DNA of 63,864 bases, counting the filler, from Ministeria vibrans ATCC 50519 (lineage: Eukaryota; Protista; Filasterea), in NCBI GenBank assembly GCA_943704425.1. It is 9 parts of 9 records of this genome, joined end to end, with 100 filler letters (N's around TTAATTAATTAA, not from the genome) between each part and the next. Parts side by side here need not be neighbours in the genome. Positions count along the whole stretch, not along the records: positions 1 to 30,805 come from CALSCP010001933.1; positions 30,906 to 47,763 come from CALSCP010002014.1; positions 47,864 to 50,050 come from CALSCP010001895.1; 6 more parts are not named here. One strand, written 5' to 3'. The translations under genes were made by a program, and so were the position numbers. The first letter of the stretch is position 1; each line of letters begins with the position of its first letter. Positions 22,601 to 50,150 of the stretch are shown here, in pieces. The notes beneath the pieces were generated by a model. It made no database searches. It worked only from the letters and a program-made list of their open reading frames with translations, and was not told the DNA's origin.

Positions 22601-25600
22601 GTTGTACCGGGGTAAACAAGACGTCGCGCATACGAGCGCGAAAGATCCATCTGAAGCACAGTGAAAGAGTCTTGCACGGGCGCGTACGCGACCACAGCGG
22701 GGTGACGAGCACCCACCGAGAAAACACCGGCGTCGTTGCTCACCGGGTAGAATGTCTTACGGAACACACCGGTGGGTGCGGTGGTGGTGGAAAGGAGGCG
22801 TTTGTAGCCGCGCACGTTGACCCACACTTGCACGGGAACGCTCGCGGCAGGCTGGAGCGTGTCCAAGTCTGTGGCATAACCTTCAAAAAGTACCGGTGGC
22901 GACGGACCGAGCGTCAGCGAAGAGCCCGTCATCCACACGGTCACATTGTAGCTGGGTGGTACATTGAGGCGCCAGCTGTGCTCGTCGATGCCAGCCGAGT
23001 TGGACACACGCACAACGACAAGGTACTCGGCAGCACGCGCCACGGCAGACGGCCACGAAAGCACTCCCGTCTGCTGATTGACCGTCATGCCGGAGGGTCC
23101 CGACTCAAGCGACCATTGCAACGGACGAGAGCCAAACGACACGTTCATGTGAAGCGAATACGACGTAAACTCGGGCAGGGTCGACAGTGAGTTGGCCGAG
23201 GGCAACTGGGTCGTGGCAATGAGAGGAGAAATCACGGGAACCGTGCAATTCTCGCCTTGCCACTGAGCAAAGCACGAACAGACACCAATGATGCAAGTGC
23301 CATGTGTCACACCACCACAACCGCTGGTGCACGTGCCGTAAAAGTCAAATGTGACTCCATTGTAGCTGAGCCACGATCCACCATCCTGCGAAATCTCCAC
23401 AAGACGCTTCCCGGCTGCAAATGGCGGTGTCACACACACAATGTGGCGCGCATTAAACGGATCGACGCTGCCCGAGACAATGGCGCCATTGTCCTGACCA
23501 AACCGACAGCGGTATGTGTACTCCGTGGTGTTCACATTGTCACACACCACCACCACAGTCGTACCACCCAAGTCACGACCTTCGCCCGGACCAATGCCTA
23601 GAACAGCAGGAACAGCCGTGCAGGAAGAACCATAACGGTGAGGCGCACACTCATTGCACAGACTGCCGGTCCAGTCGGCGTCACAGACACACGTGCCGGT
23701 AGTAGTGCAAGAACCATGCGAGCCGCACGATGGGCAACGGCGGCAGTCGAGCGGACCCGCCTGCCAATAGCCCGATCGACAACCAGTGCAGTCAGCGCCA
23801 GCAAAGCCGCCGGTACACTGACACACGTCGGGTGCGACGCATGAACCCACACCATTGCATTCCGACACACCCACGCACGAGGCAACAGCACAATTGGGCG
23901 CCAGGTAGCCCGTGTCGCAGCTGCACACGTCGTTGCTTGCGCACACGCCATGCCCATGGCACTCGCTGTGCGCGGGACACGTGGGCACTGTGCAGTTGTC
24001 GCCGCTCCAGCTGTAGTCACAGTCACACGTGCCTGGCCAAACACACGATCCACGGTTCGAACAATCATTGCGAGCGGTACAGTCAAAGGGCACGGACGAC
24101 TCACAGTGGTCGCCGACGTAGCCACCGCGACACGAGCAGGTGTACGAATCGATGCCATCGAGGCAAGTCGCCCCATTCAAACAGGGTCGCGATGCACAGT
24201 CGTTCACGTTGCTCTGGCACTTGGTGCCCGCATAGCCGGCCGCACACACACATACATAGGCACCGACAACGTCGAGGCACGACGCGCCATTCTGACATGG
24301 CGACGACGCACATTCGTCGAGATCCCCTTCACAGTGCGTGCCAGTGAACCCCTTGGCACACACACAGGAGTATGACGTGACGCCGTCCTGACACGAAGCA
24401 CCATTACTGCACGGCGACGATGCACAATCATCAATGTTCACTTCGCATAACGCACCCATGTACCCGGGGGTACACACACAGCCCTGAAACGTCCCGGTCG
24501 ACGCATCCGACTGACACGTGGCGCCATGTTGACACGGCGCCGACCCGCATTCGCCAATAAACGTCTCACACAGCTCACCCGTGTACGCGACGGGACAGAT
24601 GCACTGTACGGGGGTGTCCACCGGTATGAGGGACAGGGTAACATAGGCGCCTGAGCAGAAACTGTCGACAGCCGACGAGAAGGACACAGAGAAGGAGATG
24701 GTGCCGCCCGATCGCATTTGCGCGGTCTGTGTGGCACTCAGTGACTGAGAGATTGACTGTGTGGTGCAGTCGCTTGCCGATTGGACAAAGGCCCGCAACG
24801 AGTAGCCACCGAGAAGCGACGAGACGGTTAAGTATTCGGACGACTGACCCAAGTCGGTGTTGGACGAGACGAGAAGAGTGTAGTCGACGGCGTCCATGTC
24901 GGGAAAGCTGAAAGTCATAGTTGTCGGATAGAACGCCCGGGTTTGTGTCTGGGTGACGGCACGTCCCTGGCCGCAGTTCCCGCCGTTAAAACACGGCGAC
25001 GACAGGCACAGATCGGTGATGTCGCAAAGAGGGCCGCGGAGACCCAGGGGGCAATCACATGAGAATCCATTGACAACATCCGTGCAGGTAGCGGTGCCGC
25101 CGCACGGAGATGAGGCACACTCGTCGATATTGGTCTCACAGTGAGCACCAGTGAATCCAGGCGCGCACAGGCACTGGTAGGAAACGAGGCCGTCACGACA
25201 CGAAGCGCCGTTGAAGCAGGGCGACGAAGCGCAGTCGTCAATGTTCTGCTCGCACTGCACACCCGTGTAGCCAGCAACACAAGTACAGGCAAAATGGTCA
25301 ATTTGCTGTGTCGACTGCGTACACGTTCCCTCGTTGCGGCAGGGCGCTGAAGCGCACTCATCAATGTCAACACTGCACGTCGGACCAGTGTATCCCGCAA
25401 CACACGCGCACACGTACCCATCAACCTGATCGGTACACAAATTGTTGACGCCTTGACATGGCGATGAGGCGCACTCGTCGACTTGTTCCTCGCACGCGGC
25501 TCCCGTAAATCCCGACGCGCACACACAGCCAAACTCTTCGGGTTGCGCAATGTGAAGTGCGACCGAGGCGTACTCGTCGGCACATGTGGCATCGTTTACA

Positions 25601-28600
25601 TTTTCAAAGCTCAACTGCACCACAAGCGTTCCATTGGCATAGCGCATTGCCGCTACTTGAGCTGGTGTCAATGTGACTGGGAATGTACGCGGTGTGCAGT
25701 TAGGAAGAGATGCTTCGGCAGTCTGATTCGCATGCAAGGTAACAGAGAAAGCGCCGCGTGTCGAACTCACAACAATGGCTTCGTTCGCATCGTTGACCAG
25801 ATCGGCATTGGACTGGATCACAAGTTGTGCATCGGTAGCGGTACTTGTAATGGCAGGGACGTGTTCAAAGATAAATGTGAGTACGTTGGTGCCAAATGCA
25901 TTCCATTGGTTGGGAGCGGTGTAGACATAGCCGCTGGTTGAGGTGCACGAGCCGCCGTTTGAGCAGGGTGACGAGACGCACTCATCAAAGACCTGACACA
26001 CGACACCTTCGATGCCAGGTGGACACGCACAGGTAAATCCATTAATGCCGTCGCTGCACGTTCCACCGTTGCTGCACGGTGATGATTCGCACTCGTCAAT
26101 GTTGGTCTCGCACAGCATGCCGCTGAATCCTTGGGCACACACACAGGAAAACAAGTCAAGTTGTGCGGCGGCCGTCACACAGGTGGCACCGTGGTGGCAC
26201 GGTTGCGATGCACACTCGTCAATGTCCGACTCACAATGGGCACCAGTGTAGCCGGCAAGACAAGCACAGACAAACATGCCGGGAAGATCAGAACAAGGCG
26301 CCGCGTTGGCACAGGGCGAACTGTCGCACTCGTTGAGGTCGGTCTCGCACAGGTCGCCGCGGAACCCCGCGGGACAAGTGCAGGCGAAGGAGTCAAGCGT
26401 GTGTGAACAGGTGGCACCATTCTGGCAGGGATCCGACGCACACTCGTCAAAGTCCGTCTCGCAACGACTGCCCACGTAGCCAAGCACACAAGCGCACACA
26501 AAGGTACCGGTGGGACCTTGGCTGCAGGTGGCGCCATTCTGGCAGGGAGTTGAGGCACACTCGTCTATGTCCGACTCGCAGTGAATGCCGGTAAAGCCCG
26601 GCACACAGTCGCACACAAACAGGTCGGCACGAGATCCGTGGTGGCATGTAGCGCCATTTTGGCACGGCTGCGAGTGGCATTCAATAATATCTGACTCACA
26701 CACTGCACCACTGAAACCTTGTGCACACGTACAAGAAAATGAATTGGGCGTTAGGGTGTCGTGGAAGCACGTGCCGCCGTGAAGGCAGGGCACCGCCAGA
26801 CATTCGTCGACGTCCGCCTCACAGTGCACACCGGTAAACCCGACGACGCAGGTGCAAGCAAAAAGGTTGGGCGAGGGTGTAGCGCACGTGGCACCATTGA
26901 CACAGGGCGACGAGTCGCACTCGTCGATGTCGACGGTGCACAGAGCGCCGCTGAATCCGGCGGCACAAGAACAGGAAAATGTATCGGGCTGTGTCGATTG
27001 AACGCACGTCGCGCCATTGCTGCAAGGCTCGACAGCGCACTCGTCAATGTCCGTTTCGCACTGAACACCAGTGAAACCCGGAGGGCAAGAACACTCAAAA
27101 TGGTCGGGTTGCAGACTATGGTCGCAGGTTCCTCCGTTGAGGCACGGTGCACTTTCACACTCGGCAATGTCCGTCTCACATGTGTCTCCAGCAAATCCCT
27201 GGACGCAAGAGCACACATGACTGACAACGCCGTCCAGACAGGTACCGCCGTTCGCGCACGGCGTCGAGACACAATCATCGATGTTGCTTTCGCACTGAAG
27301 TCCCGTGTAGCCTGCATGACAAGCGCAAGCAAACGCGCCCGCCAAATCGGAGCAAGTGCCGGCGCTCAGGCAGGGATCCGACAAACATTCATTCACATCC
27401 GTCTCGCACACGACGCCAAGAAATCCCAACGGACACTCGCACGCATACGCATCGACCAGGTCGACACACACGCCGCTGTTATGACAGGGCTCCGAGACAC
27501 AGTCGTCGACGTTTGTCTCGCAGTAAATCCCTGTAAAACCAGGTAGGCACGTACAGCCCGCAAATGCCCCCGTGATCCCCGTGGTAGAGCAATTTCCACC
27601 ATTCATACCTGAAAAATAAAATAAGAGTGAGAAAAATTGAAACTGATGAATTTGCTTTTCTTTTTTTTTCGTACAAGGCTCGGAGTAGCAGTCTCCAACA
27701 AAAGTATCGCAAGTGAGACCAATGTAGCCTGCAGAGCAAGTGCACACCTGAACATCGTCACTTGAGAGTGCGACACGCACGTTGTCGGTGGAAGTACAGG
27801 AGCCGACATTAGAAGAGGGAGTCACCTGAACGTTAAGCTGGCCCGTTCCGCGTGTGAGCTGTGCCATTTGCGCGGCCGAAATGCCCAGTGTCTGTGCTGA
27901 CGAGGAACAATCGGCACCGGTGGATGCAAAGAGAGTGAGAGGAAACGGTGCGGACGCAGGCACGCTGGTGATGGTGAGTGTTGCGCTCAAACTGGCAAGG
28001 CGAGCAAGTGCTGTGAGCGTGACGGTCATGGCGCCAGAGGGAATGCCGCTAAAGGTGAAATTGAGTGCCGATGTGGTGCCCGCCGGAAGTATTTCCGTGA
28101 GTTGAGCGGCAAACGACGTGTCGCATGAAGCTCCATTGGCACACGGCGAAGAGGCACACTCGTCGAAATTTTGGCAGAATGTTCCAAAAAAACCAGTGTG
28201 GCACGCGCATGCATACTGATTGATCTGATCAATACACGTGGCCGCATTTTGGCAGGGCATCGAAGCACACTCGTCAATGTTGGTCTCGCAGTAGACACCT
28301 GTGAAGCCAACAAGGCAGAAGCAGGAAAACTCATCGATCAGGTCGGTACAAGTGGCGCCGTTCAAGCACGCGCTCGAAGCGCACTCGTCGATTTCCGACT
28401 CACAAAAGTCGCCGGTGAAGCCGGGGGGGCATAGACACATGTCGAGGGTTCCATTGGTGTGGATAGTGCAAGATCCGTTGTTGGTGCACGGGTACGAAGC
28501 ACACTCACCGAGGAACGTTTCACAGGCGTCACCGACAAACCCGCTGGCACACACACATCCCACAAGAACTTCGGACTGTTGAAGAGTGATGGTCACGTCT

Positions 28601-30617
28601 GAGGGAGTGCAAATATTGTCGACGGCGGGCGATAACGAGCCAGTGAGCACCAAATTTCCAGTGGCAGGGTCGCGCATAGACGCAATCTGTGCGGCCGTCA
28701 GCAAAACGGTCGTGGTGACGCCGTTGCAGTCGTTGCCGCCGGTTTCGAAGAGAATCGTCGAGTACGTGGGCGCCGAGAGGGTCAAATATTCGTTGGTGCT
28801 CAGAAGATCAGCGGTAGAGTAGACGACGAGCGTGGTGGGAAAGATGGGCACATTGGTAAAGGTGAGCGTGAAAGGACTGGTTGCCGCATAGCGATTCGCA
28901 CTTGTGACTGTTTGAGTGGCAGACGTGTGAATGCACGATGCACCATTTGCACAAGGTGACGAGACACACAAATCGACAAGGTCACAAAGTGTGCCACGAA
29001 AACCCAGGGTGCACGAGCAATTGAAGCTGAAGTGAAAAGACAGGTAAGAAGGGGGGATAGTGAAGAAATAGTGTAAAAAAAAAATTAGTATGATGGGATT
29101 AGACACAAAAGAAAGAAGACTCTATTACCCATTGACTTGGTCCACGCAAGTGCCATTGACACAAGGTGACGAAGCGCACTCGTTGATGTTGGTCTCACAA
29201 AAGATTCCAGTAAATCCGGCGGCACAAGAGCAACTACACACACACAACAATTTAAGTTGAATCGGTTTTCTTTTTTTTTTGGATTTGCTTGTTTTCTGTT
29301 CTTTTTTCGTACTTGTGCGAGTCGACAAGATCAAAACACACCCCCGCATTGAGACAGGGCGACGAGGCGCACTCGTTAATGTCCTCCTGACAGAAGGTGC
29401 CGGTGTAGCCAGCAATACACGCACAAGAGTCAAAGGCACCACTCTGAGGCGCAGTGATGCAGGTGCCGCCATTGGAACACGGGACAGAATCGCAATCGCC
29501 CACAAACGTTTCGCAAAAGTCACCAAGATAGAAATTAGGACAAGTGCAAAAGAAAATGTTGGAGGCGGCTTCGGTCGTGAGCTGCGCCGACACATACGCA
29601 TTGGCGCAAAAGTCGTTGACAGCACTACTGAAGGTGATGGTGAACGTGATGGAATCTGTGTCAGAGCGAATGGCTGCAATGGTGCTCGAAGAGATCACTT
29701 TCTTTTCCGTGTGCACTCCGCAATCAGTAGCGCCCTAAGCAAATGTATAATATATAATTATTATAATATAAATCATAATTATATTGTGTGTGAGCAGAAC
29801 TATAAAAATTAATCATAATAATAAGACGTATAGTATTATTATTATTATAATAATAGAATAAGGTACCGAGACAAAGAACTGCTGGCTGTAACTTCCAGAG
29901 ACAAACTGGACATACTCGCTGGTGCTTGCCAAGTCAGTGTTGGAGGTGACCGTCAACGTCAAGTCGGCCAGAGGCACATCGGTGAAGACCATTGTCAGAG
30001 TCGACGGGTAGTAGGCGCTCGTTTTGGTCTGTGCACAGAAAAACAGAACAAAGAAGAACAAAGAAAGAAACAAGTTCAAGGGTTATACAACTCGACGTTC
30101 GGTTCGGTACGATGAGTGGGGAGGCGTAATCAATGGCGCAAGTGGCACCATTCGAGCAGGGTGACGAGGAGCATGCGTCAAAGATTTCACAGTGGGTGCC
30201 GACAATGCCATAGGTGCAATTGCACGAGTAAGCGTCAATCGCATCGACACACGTGCCGTTGTTCTGACACGGGTTGGACTCACACTCGTCAATGTCACTG
30301 TCGCAGTAATCGCCAGTGTAACCAGCTGCACAGGTGCACAGATACGAATTGACGTCGTCAGTGCACGTGCCGCCATGGTTGCAGGGCGATGAGGCGCACT
30401 CGTTAATCTCAGACTCGCAGAATTCACCGGTGTATCCCGCTTGACATGCACACGCAGAAAAAGTGCCGAATTCATCGTCGATACATGTTGCAGCGTTGAT
30501 ACACGGCTGAGAGTTGCAATCCCCAACAAAAGATTCGCAAAAGTCGCCGGTATAAGCAAACTGGCACGCACAGAAGAAGATATTCGAGGCGGCTGCGGTC
30601 GACAATTGTCCAGACAC
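13691..30617 (-). CDS. Giant single-pass EGF-repeat surface protein (about 5,000 aa or more, 5'-truncated): calcium-binding EGF arrays, tenascin-like EGFs, IPT/Ig-like and other beta-sandwich modules, TM helix, short tail
   Basis: Dozens of D-[IV]-[DN]-[ED]-C-x-S-x-P-C-x-N-G-[AG]-T-C repeats over ORFs 29934-30662, 29252-29716, 21019-29106, 16809-19061 and 13691-16798, linked by AT-rich GT-AG introns and small N gaps. TM segment [22 protein letters not shown] is followed by HRSRRNK. No ankyrin tail. Confidence 0.85.
15930..17775 (-). repeat. Recent internal tandem duplications of EGF-coding units (114-nt modules; a ~570-nt five-EGF block seen twice)
   Basis: Near-identical nucleotide blocks (e.g. 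GAGCAGGTTGCTCCATTGAC at about 16698 and 17341). Sequence overlaps on both sides of the N gap at about 16812. Confidence 0.85.
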
Positions 30618-30667
30618 TAAAGAGAATTCAAAATTCAAAGGGTGAAAAAAGAGAATGACCACTATTG

Positions 30668-30671
<4 letters not shown>

Positions 30672-30708
<37 letters not shown>

Positions 30709-30714
30709 TTTGTC

Positions 30715-30805
<91 letters not shown>
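30672..30805. repeat. (GT)n microsatellite at contig end
   Basis: Direct inspection. Confidence 0.95.
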
Positions 30806-30905
30806 NNNNNNNNNNNNNNNNNNNNNNNNNNNNNNNNNNNNNNNNNNNNTTAATTAATTAANNNNNNNNNNNNNNNNNNNNNNNNNNNNNNNNNNNNNNN
30901 NNNNN
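30806..30905. other. Artificial contig spacer (N-run, TTAATTAATTAA, N-run); also at 47764-47863, 50051-50150, 52827-52926, 55109-55208, 58433-58532, 59896-59995 and 62119-62218
   Basis: Identical 100-nt structure repeated eight times. The central 12-mer gives stops in all six frames. Confidence 0.97.
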
Positions 30906-31256
30906 AAGCTGTTCTGCGAGAGTGGCACGCCCACGATTACGACGCAGAATCACGAGGACAGCGACAACGCCATCACGGTGGGTGGCTCGTCGTCGGCGTT
31001 GTTCACGAGTACGCTCATTGGTACGGGCATCACAGTGGTTGATCTTGATGCGTTTGGTGTCAACCATTCGCTCGGCTCGAGCGACTTTACGCTGACGCTC
31101 CTGATCGACGGAAATGCAGTGATGGATATTCACGAGACGCGCACGTCGTTCGTGTCGAGCTGTGAATTCCAGGCCGCTGGTGGCGGTGGCGCCGTGACCA
31201 CTGGTCAAACGCTTGGCTCCTGCACCGTGCTGCGCATCACTACGAATGTGACTTAA
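30906..31256 (+). CDS. 3' end of an unidentified Ser/Thr/Gly-rich, beta-rich protein (partial)
   Basis: Open from the contig edge (KLFCESGTPTITTQ...) to TAA at 31256, followed by an AT-rich intergenic stretch. Confidence 0.55.
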   Translation, partial: KLFCESGTPTITTQNHEDSDNAITVGGSSSALFTSTLIGTGITVVDLDAFGVNHSLGSSDFTLTLLIDGNAVMDIHETRTSFVSSCEFQAAGGGGAVTTGQTLGSCTVLRITTNVT

Positions 31257-31376
31257 AAGAAAAGAATATAATAGAATAAAATTCTTCCGAGCCCGATCAT
31301 TTCAAATCATCAAAATAAATTATTATTTTAATAAATATAATATTATATTATAATTATTATATTTTTTTCAATCTGT

Positions 31377-46314
<14,938 letters not shown>

Positions 46315-46445
46315 AGATAAGAGTGACCTTTTTTTTTTGTTCAAATTTTTTGTTCAAATTTTGATTTTTTTTGTTCAATTGGGGGACGCAAAAGAGGTCA
46401 TACAAAAGGGGGGGGTTGTTGGATTGTGGAGGAGGGGGTTGCTGC

Positions 46446-47487
46446 TTAGTTGCGGATGACGTGCCAGACACGGATGTGGTTGTCGGTGTAGCCGGCAAAG
46501 AGAGTCTGGCCATCGGCGGACCAGGCGAGGCACAGGCACTCAGGCTGGACACCCGACTTGTCGGCGGCAATCTCCGGCTGGAGCTCGTCGACCTCGGCCT
46601 TGGACTCGAGGTCCCAGATCTTGATCTTGGGGCCAGCGGCGGCGCAGAGCCAGTAGCGGTTAGGCGAGAAGCAGAGGGCGTTGATGGAGTCGGTGGCCTC
46701 GAGGGTGCACAGGTGCTTGCCCTCGTTGAGGTCCCAGAGCATGGCCTTGCCGTCCTTGCCGCCCGAGGCGCAGAGCGACCCATCGGGCGAGACGGTGACC
46801 GTGTTGAGGTAACCTGTGTGTCCGACGTGGTCCGTGCGCAGCTTGCAGTTGGCCAGGTTCCACACCTTGACGTTCTTGTCCCAGCCGCACGAGACAATGT
46901 TGGGGTTGGCAACGTTGGGCGAGAAGCGCACGCACGACACCCAGTCGGAGTGGCCCTTGCGGTTGGAGTCGTCGTCAATGGTGAACTTGCACTGACCGAG
47001 CGTGTTCCACAGCTTGATGGTCTTGTCGCGCGAGCCCGACACAATCTGACGGTTGTCGGTCGAGAAGGCAACCGACAGCACGTCGCCGGTGTGGTCGACA
47101 AAGCGACGCACGCACTCGCCCGAGTTGATGTCCCACAGGCGCAGGGTCTTGTCCCACGAGCCCGAGAGGGCGAACTGACCGTCCGACGAGATGACAACGT
47201 CGCTACAGTGAAGAGAATGGAATGGAGGAGAGTCAGAAAAAAAAAAAAAAAGGGAAAGAAAAAAGGCAAGAGAATCGATCAACAGGCGTGAGGTGTGAGA
47301 GACAAGAACATGAAGATGACAAGGGGCGTGGTCGTGGGGAAGGAGGGAGAGATGAGAGAGTTTGAGAGAGAGCGAAAAAAGAAAAAGGACTTTACCTCAC
47401 GAAGTGGCTGTGGCCAGTGAGACGACGCTTGGGGACACCGTAGTTGTCCTCACCGCGCTTGAGGTCCCAGACCATGATGGACTTGTC
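46446..47487 (-). CDS. RACK1: RACK1 / Asc1 WD40 ribosomal scaffold (5'-truncated)
   Basis: DKSIMVWDL...[15 protein letters not shown]|[25 protein letters not shown]...[17 protein letters not shown]...[11 protein letters not shown]. Confidence 0.97.
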
Positions 47488-47529
47488 TGCAGGGAAGGAG
47501 GAGACACAGCAGGGTGAGCGGACGGAGTA

Positions 47530-47563
<34 letters not shown>

Positions 47564-48029
47564 AATGTTGACAAGTGACGTGAAATCGAAAGAGATGCCG
47601 CCGACGGGCCTTTTGGCACCATGCTCCACCATGGGTGTAGTGCATTTGGGCCGCAGCGAGCGACAAAAGAAGGAAACGGCAAAAAAGCGAGAGAGAAAGA
47701 AAATTCGACTACTTATAGACTAAAACTGATCCTTATGACCTATATATTTTGGGCCGCATTTGTNNNNNNNNNNNNNNNNNNNNNNNNNNNNNNNNNNNNN
47801 NNNNNNNTTAATTAATTAANNNNNNNNNNNNNNNNNNNNNNNNNNNNNNNNNNNNNNNNNNNNGGGGGGGGAGGGGGGAGGTGGCCAGGTGGGGACTTCA
47901 GTACCTCAGGAGCACCTCAGTAGCAAGAGGGTGTACGCGAATACAGCAGAAGTGTTTTACTACATCAATTTTAACTTTATCTTTGTACTTTGTAGAATTG
48001 TTTTTATTATTGTTGTGAAACGACAAAAG

Positions 48030-48624
48030 ATGATGGTATAATAATAATGATTATAGTATTATTATGGTAACAATGTGTATTTTTTTTCTGTCAGCTGAAA
48101 ACCTGCTTCCTGTTGCTTGCTGTCGTTGCCTCGTGTTGCAACGCACTGCATTTTTGCAAGTTTGAGGTACGTGTAGACAGGTTTACCTAGAGAATAACGA
48201 GAATTGTATCTCACTACTCATCACTTACTCACTCACTCCCTCGCTTTGTTTCCAGTTTTACTGCACTGGTGCGCAATCTCCGGTTGAGCCCACTCAAGAG
48301 GGTTCAGCTTCTTACTTTGCTGACGGAGCTTGTCGTCTGGTAAAGAAGTGTAGAGTAATTAACTTATTATTATTATTTTCTCGTTTGTAGATGAGTTCTG
48401 GAAACTACCGATGCTCATACACGCTGTTTGGTACGGATGAGACCTCATCTCAGCAGGGATACCTTAAGCAGATGGGACAAACAGCGGTCCAGCTGGATTT
48501 GTTCTCCTCGGGCGCCTGCCAGGCTCGCGATACTGACATTTTCGGCGTGGGTAGCTCGAATACGCCCTCTGGCGATGTCTCGGCTACCTGCACACTCTAC
48601 CACATGCGCTACACTGTCGTCTAA
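48030..48624 (+). CDS. Small secreted Cys-rich hypothetical protein (~130 aa), 4 exons
   Basis: Phase-0 splicing of 48030-48035, 48095-48166, 48256-48339 and 48391-48624 gives MMLKTCFLLLAVVASCCNA (signal-peptide-like) followed by LHFCKFEFYCTG...CTLYHMRYTVV*. Confidence 0.65.
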
Positions 48625-49835
48625 AGTGGCCAGATTTGATGTGCGAAGTGAAGAAGAGGAATACATCGCGATTTACAATTGAAATGGCCCTCCAGGCGAC
48701 TCAGACACTCAGTACCCAAGCAAGGGGGATGGATGATGGGAATGGCAGGCCAGATCAGACCTTTTGTGGCTTGTTGAAAAGCGTTCCTCTGCAACATTTA
48801 AACAAGGAAATTTTAAACAAAAACCAAATGACACCTTGTTTGCACACAGAGAGACACGGTCTCACAAGAAGACGCACACATTCAAAAAAAGCAATACAAA
48901 TTTATTTGATGAGTTTGATCAGTATTTGCAGAGGACTATGTTCATAGACGGCGGCAAGCAGGGCACAAGCGAGAGTCAAGCGTCAGAAGTCAGAACTCAG
49001 AGCCCAAGCATTTTAGCAACGAATTACGAAAGACTTTCACTCATGTTCGAAGATAGAGAATAATTGTACATAAATTTACTACCGCGCAACACATTACGGC
49101 TCACTGGACAGTGTTCACTGGCACACTGTTGTACATTGTACAATGTGGATAATTGGATATTGGCAAATGGCAATTGGATAGTCATTTATTATTATCTGTC
49201 AATGTACAACTGCAGTGGAGCGCTTTTTAGAATTGTTCGATCGTCCATGATTATTAAAAAACTCTCAAAATTGGGAAATCCTTTTTTTTTGTTGCAACTA
49301 AACTAGGTAGGGACTTGTTTGCACTACTAACATCAACATCATCAACGGCAGACCTTTGCTGCAGCATCCGTGTGCTATTTACGCTTGATAGCAAAAAAAA
49401 AAAACTTGAAATTCGTTGGTAGCACTGCTGTCGCTCTCGCTTCTGCTGGGGTGCATGTACACTGTACGAGTGATAGCAATGGCAGGCTTATCTGCGGCTG
49501 TTCCCTGCTGCTAGACGCCTCTTTCCCTGTTGGCAAATTGTTCTTCGTTCGATCCCCACACGACCGCGTGTTTCTCTGGCTCTTTGCGCGCGTTTCCCGG
49601 CCTCTCCTTGCCACCCGCTCCACAGAGTGCCCTTCCGGTGTCCCTTCCGCCGCCGCCCTGCGCCAATCGTGCTCGCCATCCTCGTCAAGTCCCGCTTCTT
49701 GTGCGCCTTGACTTGCCCCTCTCGCCTCTGCAGCGCCTCCTCACGCCGCTCATTCCTTTCACCCCATCGTGCTGTCCTTGTGTGGCATACTTGCCTTGTC
49801 CCAAGTCGTGTTTGCCGTGTTGTGCACCATTCTTT

Positions 49836-49867
<32 letters not shown>

Positions 49868-50150
49868 GACATGGGCTCTCTCTTGCGCTGGGCATTGTGC
49901 GCCACGACTTGCTTTCGCGGACCCTACGTGCCTTTTGCCCATGGACTATGCCAGTCTGCCACCATTTGATCCTGTTCTTTGTTACCAATGAGCGCTGGTT
50001 TTTTTTTTGTCCTCTCACATTGAATGTGTTACGATTGTCGTTTATCATCCNNNNNNNNNNNNNNNNNNNNNNNNNNNNNNNNNNNNNNNNNNNNTTAATT
50101 AATTAANNNNNNNNNNNNNNNNNNNNNNNNNNNNNNNNNNNNNNNNNNNN

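Noticed and set aside
27608-27672. [20 protein letters not shown] insert in an EGF domain
   Set aside because: An in-frame AT-rich GT-AG intron read through by the ORF finder.
13691-30617. Notch or Delta ortholog
   Set aside because: No LNR, NOD, ankyrin or DSL domains are seen, and the cytoplasmic tail is only about 80 aa.
30806-30905. TTAATTAATTAA motif as a biological element, and gene neighbourhoods across it
   Set aside because: It is an identical artificial linker between N-runs. Adjacent contigs are not necessarily linked, so no synteny was inferred across spacers.
48636-50050. Possible genes or transposon remnant in the rest of contig 3
   Set aside because: Only short ORFs with no recognisable domain, terminal repeats or consistent splice pattern.
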